NCBI GenBank assembly: GCA_040255145.1
Contig: JBDZUN010000005.1
Coordinates: 1 to 38,101 of the forward strand
Reading direction: 5' to 3'
From: Hyphomicrobiales bacterium
Lineage (GTDB): Bacteria; Pseudomonadota; Alphaproteobacteria; JBDZUN01
Length of the DNA stretch: 38,101 bases
Below the pieces are notes generated by a model. That model did no database searches. It saw only the letters and a program-made list of their open reading frames with translations, and was not told where the DNA came from. Position numbers and translations under genes: made by a program. Each line of letters opens with the position of its first letter. Positions within the stretch are counted from its first letter, which is position 1. Below, one piece after another: positions 37,554 through 38,101 of this stretch.

Positions 37554-38101
37554 TCAGTCCGGCAGAACCTTCCCCGGATTGAGGATGCCGGCGGGGTCGA
37601 GGGCGCGTTTCAGCCGTTGCATCAGTTCCGTCTCCAGCGGCTCGCGATAGCGCGTGACCTCGTTGTTCTTGAGCTGGCCGAGGCCGTGCTCGGCCGAGAT
37701 CGAGCCGCCGAACCCGTCGGCGATGTCGTGCACGATGTGGGCGAAGCGATCCCATTGCGCGAGATAGGCGGCGCGATCCATACCGACCGGCTGGCTCAGG
37801 TTGAAATGCACGTTGCCGTCGCCGACGTGGCCGAACGGCACCGGGCGGATGCCGGGCATCTCGGCCGCAACCGCCGCGCTCGCCTGGGCGATGAACGCGG
37901 CCATCGCCGAGACCGGCACCGAGATGTCGTGCTTGATGCTGCCGCCCTCGCGGCCCTGCATCTCCGACAGCGATTCGCGCAGCCGCCATAATGTCTTGGC
38001 CTGCTCGGCGCTTTTCGCGACCACGGCGTCGCGCGCCAGGCCCCGCTCCAGCGCCTCGGCCAGCACATCCTCCATCGTCTGGGCCAACAGGTCCGCGCGC
38101 C
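37554..38101 (-). CDS. FAD-linked oxidase (GlcD / D-lactate / D-2-hydroxyacid dehydrogenase family), C-terminal part; the 5' end lies outside the window
   Basis: FGHVGDGNVHFNL, SISAEHGLGQLK and LDPAGILNPGKVLPD are hallmark motifs of the FAD-oxidase C-terminal domain. The frame is open to the window end. Confidence 0.85.
   Translation of the reverse strand, partial: RADLLAQTMEDVLAEALERGLARDAVVAKSAEQAKTLWRLRESLSEMQGREGGSIKHDISVPVSAMAAFIAQASAAVAAEMPGIRPVPFGHVGDGNVHFNLSQPVGMDRAAYLAQWDRFAHIVHDIADGFGGSISAEHGLGQLKNNEVTRYREPLETELMQRLKRALDPAGILNPGKVLPD

Overview
High-GC window that looks like alphaproteobacterial chromosome. The taxon is inferred from gene content, from the aroC-fabI-dnaJ-like-pdxH neighbourhood and from REP-like intergenic repeats. 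It is densely coding: I can support about 41 protein genes. I found no rRNA, tRNA, CRISPR array, transposase, integrase or recognisable phage or defence genes. Housekeeping genes: aroC, fabI, a CbpA-like DnaJ, pdxH, rlmN, argG and thpR. These are interspersed with accessory redox and acyl-CoA metabolism genes. Four things stand out. (1) A same-strand cluster at 12130-17488: SDR, LLM, APH-fold kinase, LLM, then an acyl-CoA dehydrogenase with an atypical catalytic motif. It reads like a split bacterial version of the ACAD10/11 (LvaA/LvaC-type) 4-hydroxyacyl-CoA kinase plus phospho-eliminating ACAD chemistry, with two unexplained luciferase-like oxidoreductases embedded in it. (2) An array of four more LLM paralogues at 33232-37358, giving six LLM genes in 38 kb. 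(3) An adjacent ACAD pair at 19323-21697 in which only one member keeps the catalytic Glu motif, which suggests an alpha2beta2 heteromer; an aldo/keto reductase follows. (4) A composite palindromic repeat family present in three intergenic copies. Smaller points: a 3'-truncated family III CoA-transferase that runs antisense into the end of an acetoacetyl-CoA synthetase gene; an orphan HLD-II haloalkane dehalogenase; an AT-richer islet encoding a small secreted protein of unknown function; a 59-codon DUF1328 gene missing from the supplied ORF track; and a MarR-DUF1398 pair with a palindromic operator-like promoter. Many ORFs longer than 400 aa in the track are antisense or out-of-frame artefacts of the high GC content. 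All family assignments rest on motifs read from the translations and on recall of protein families. No database search was run.
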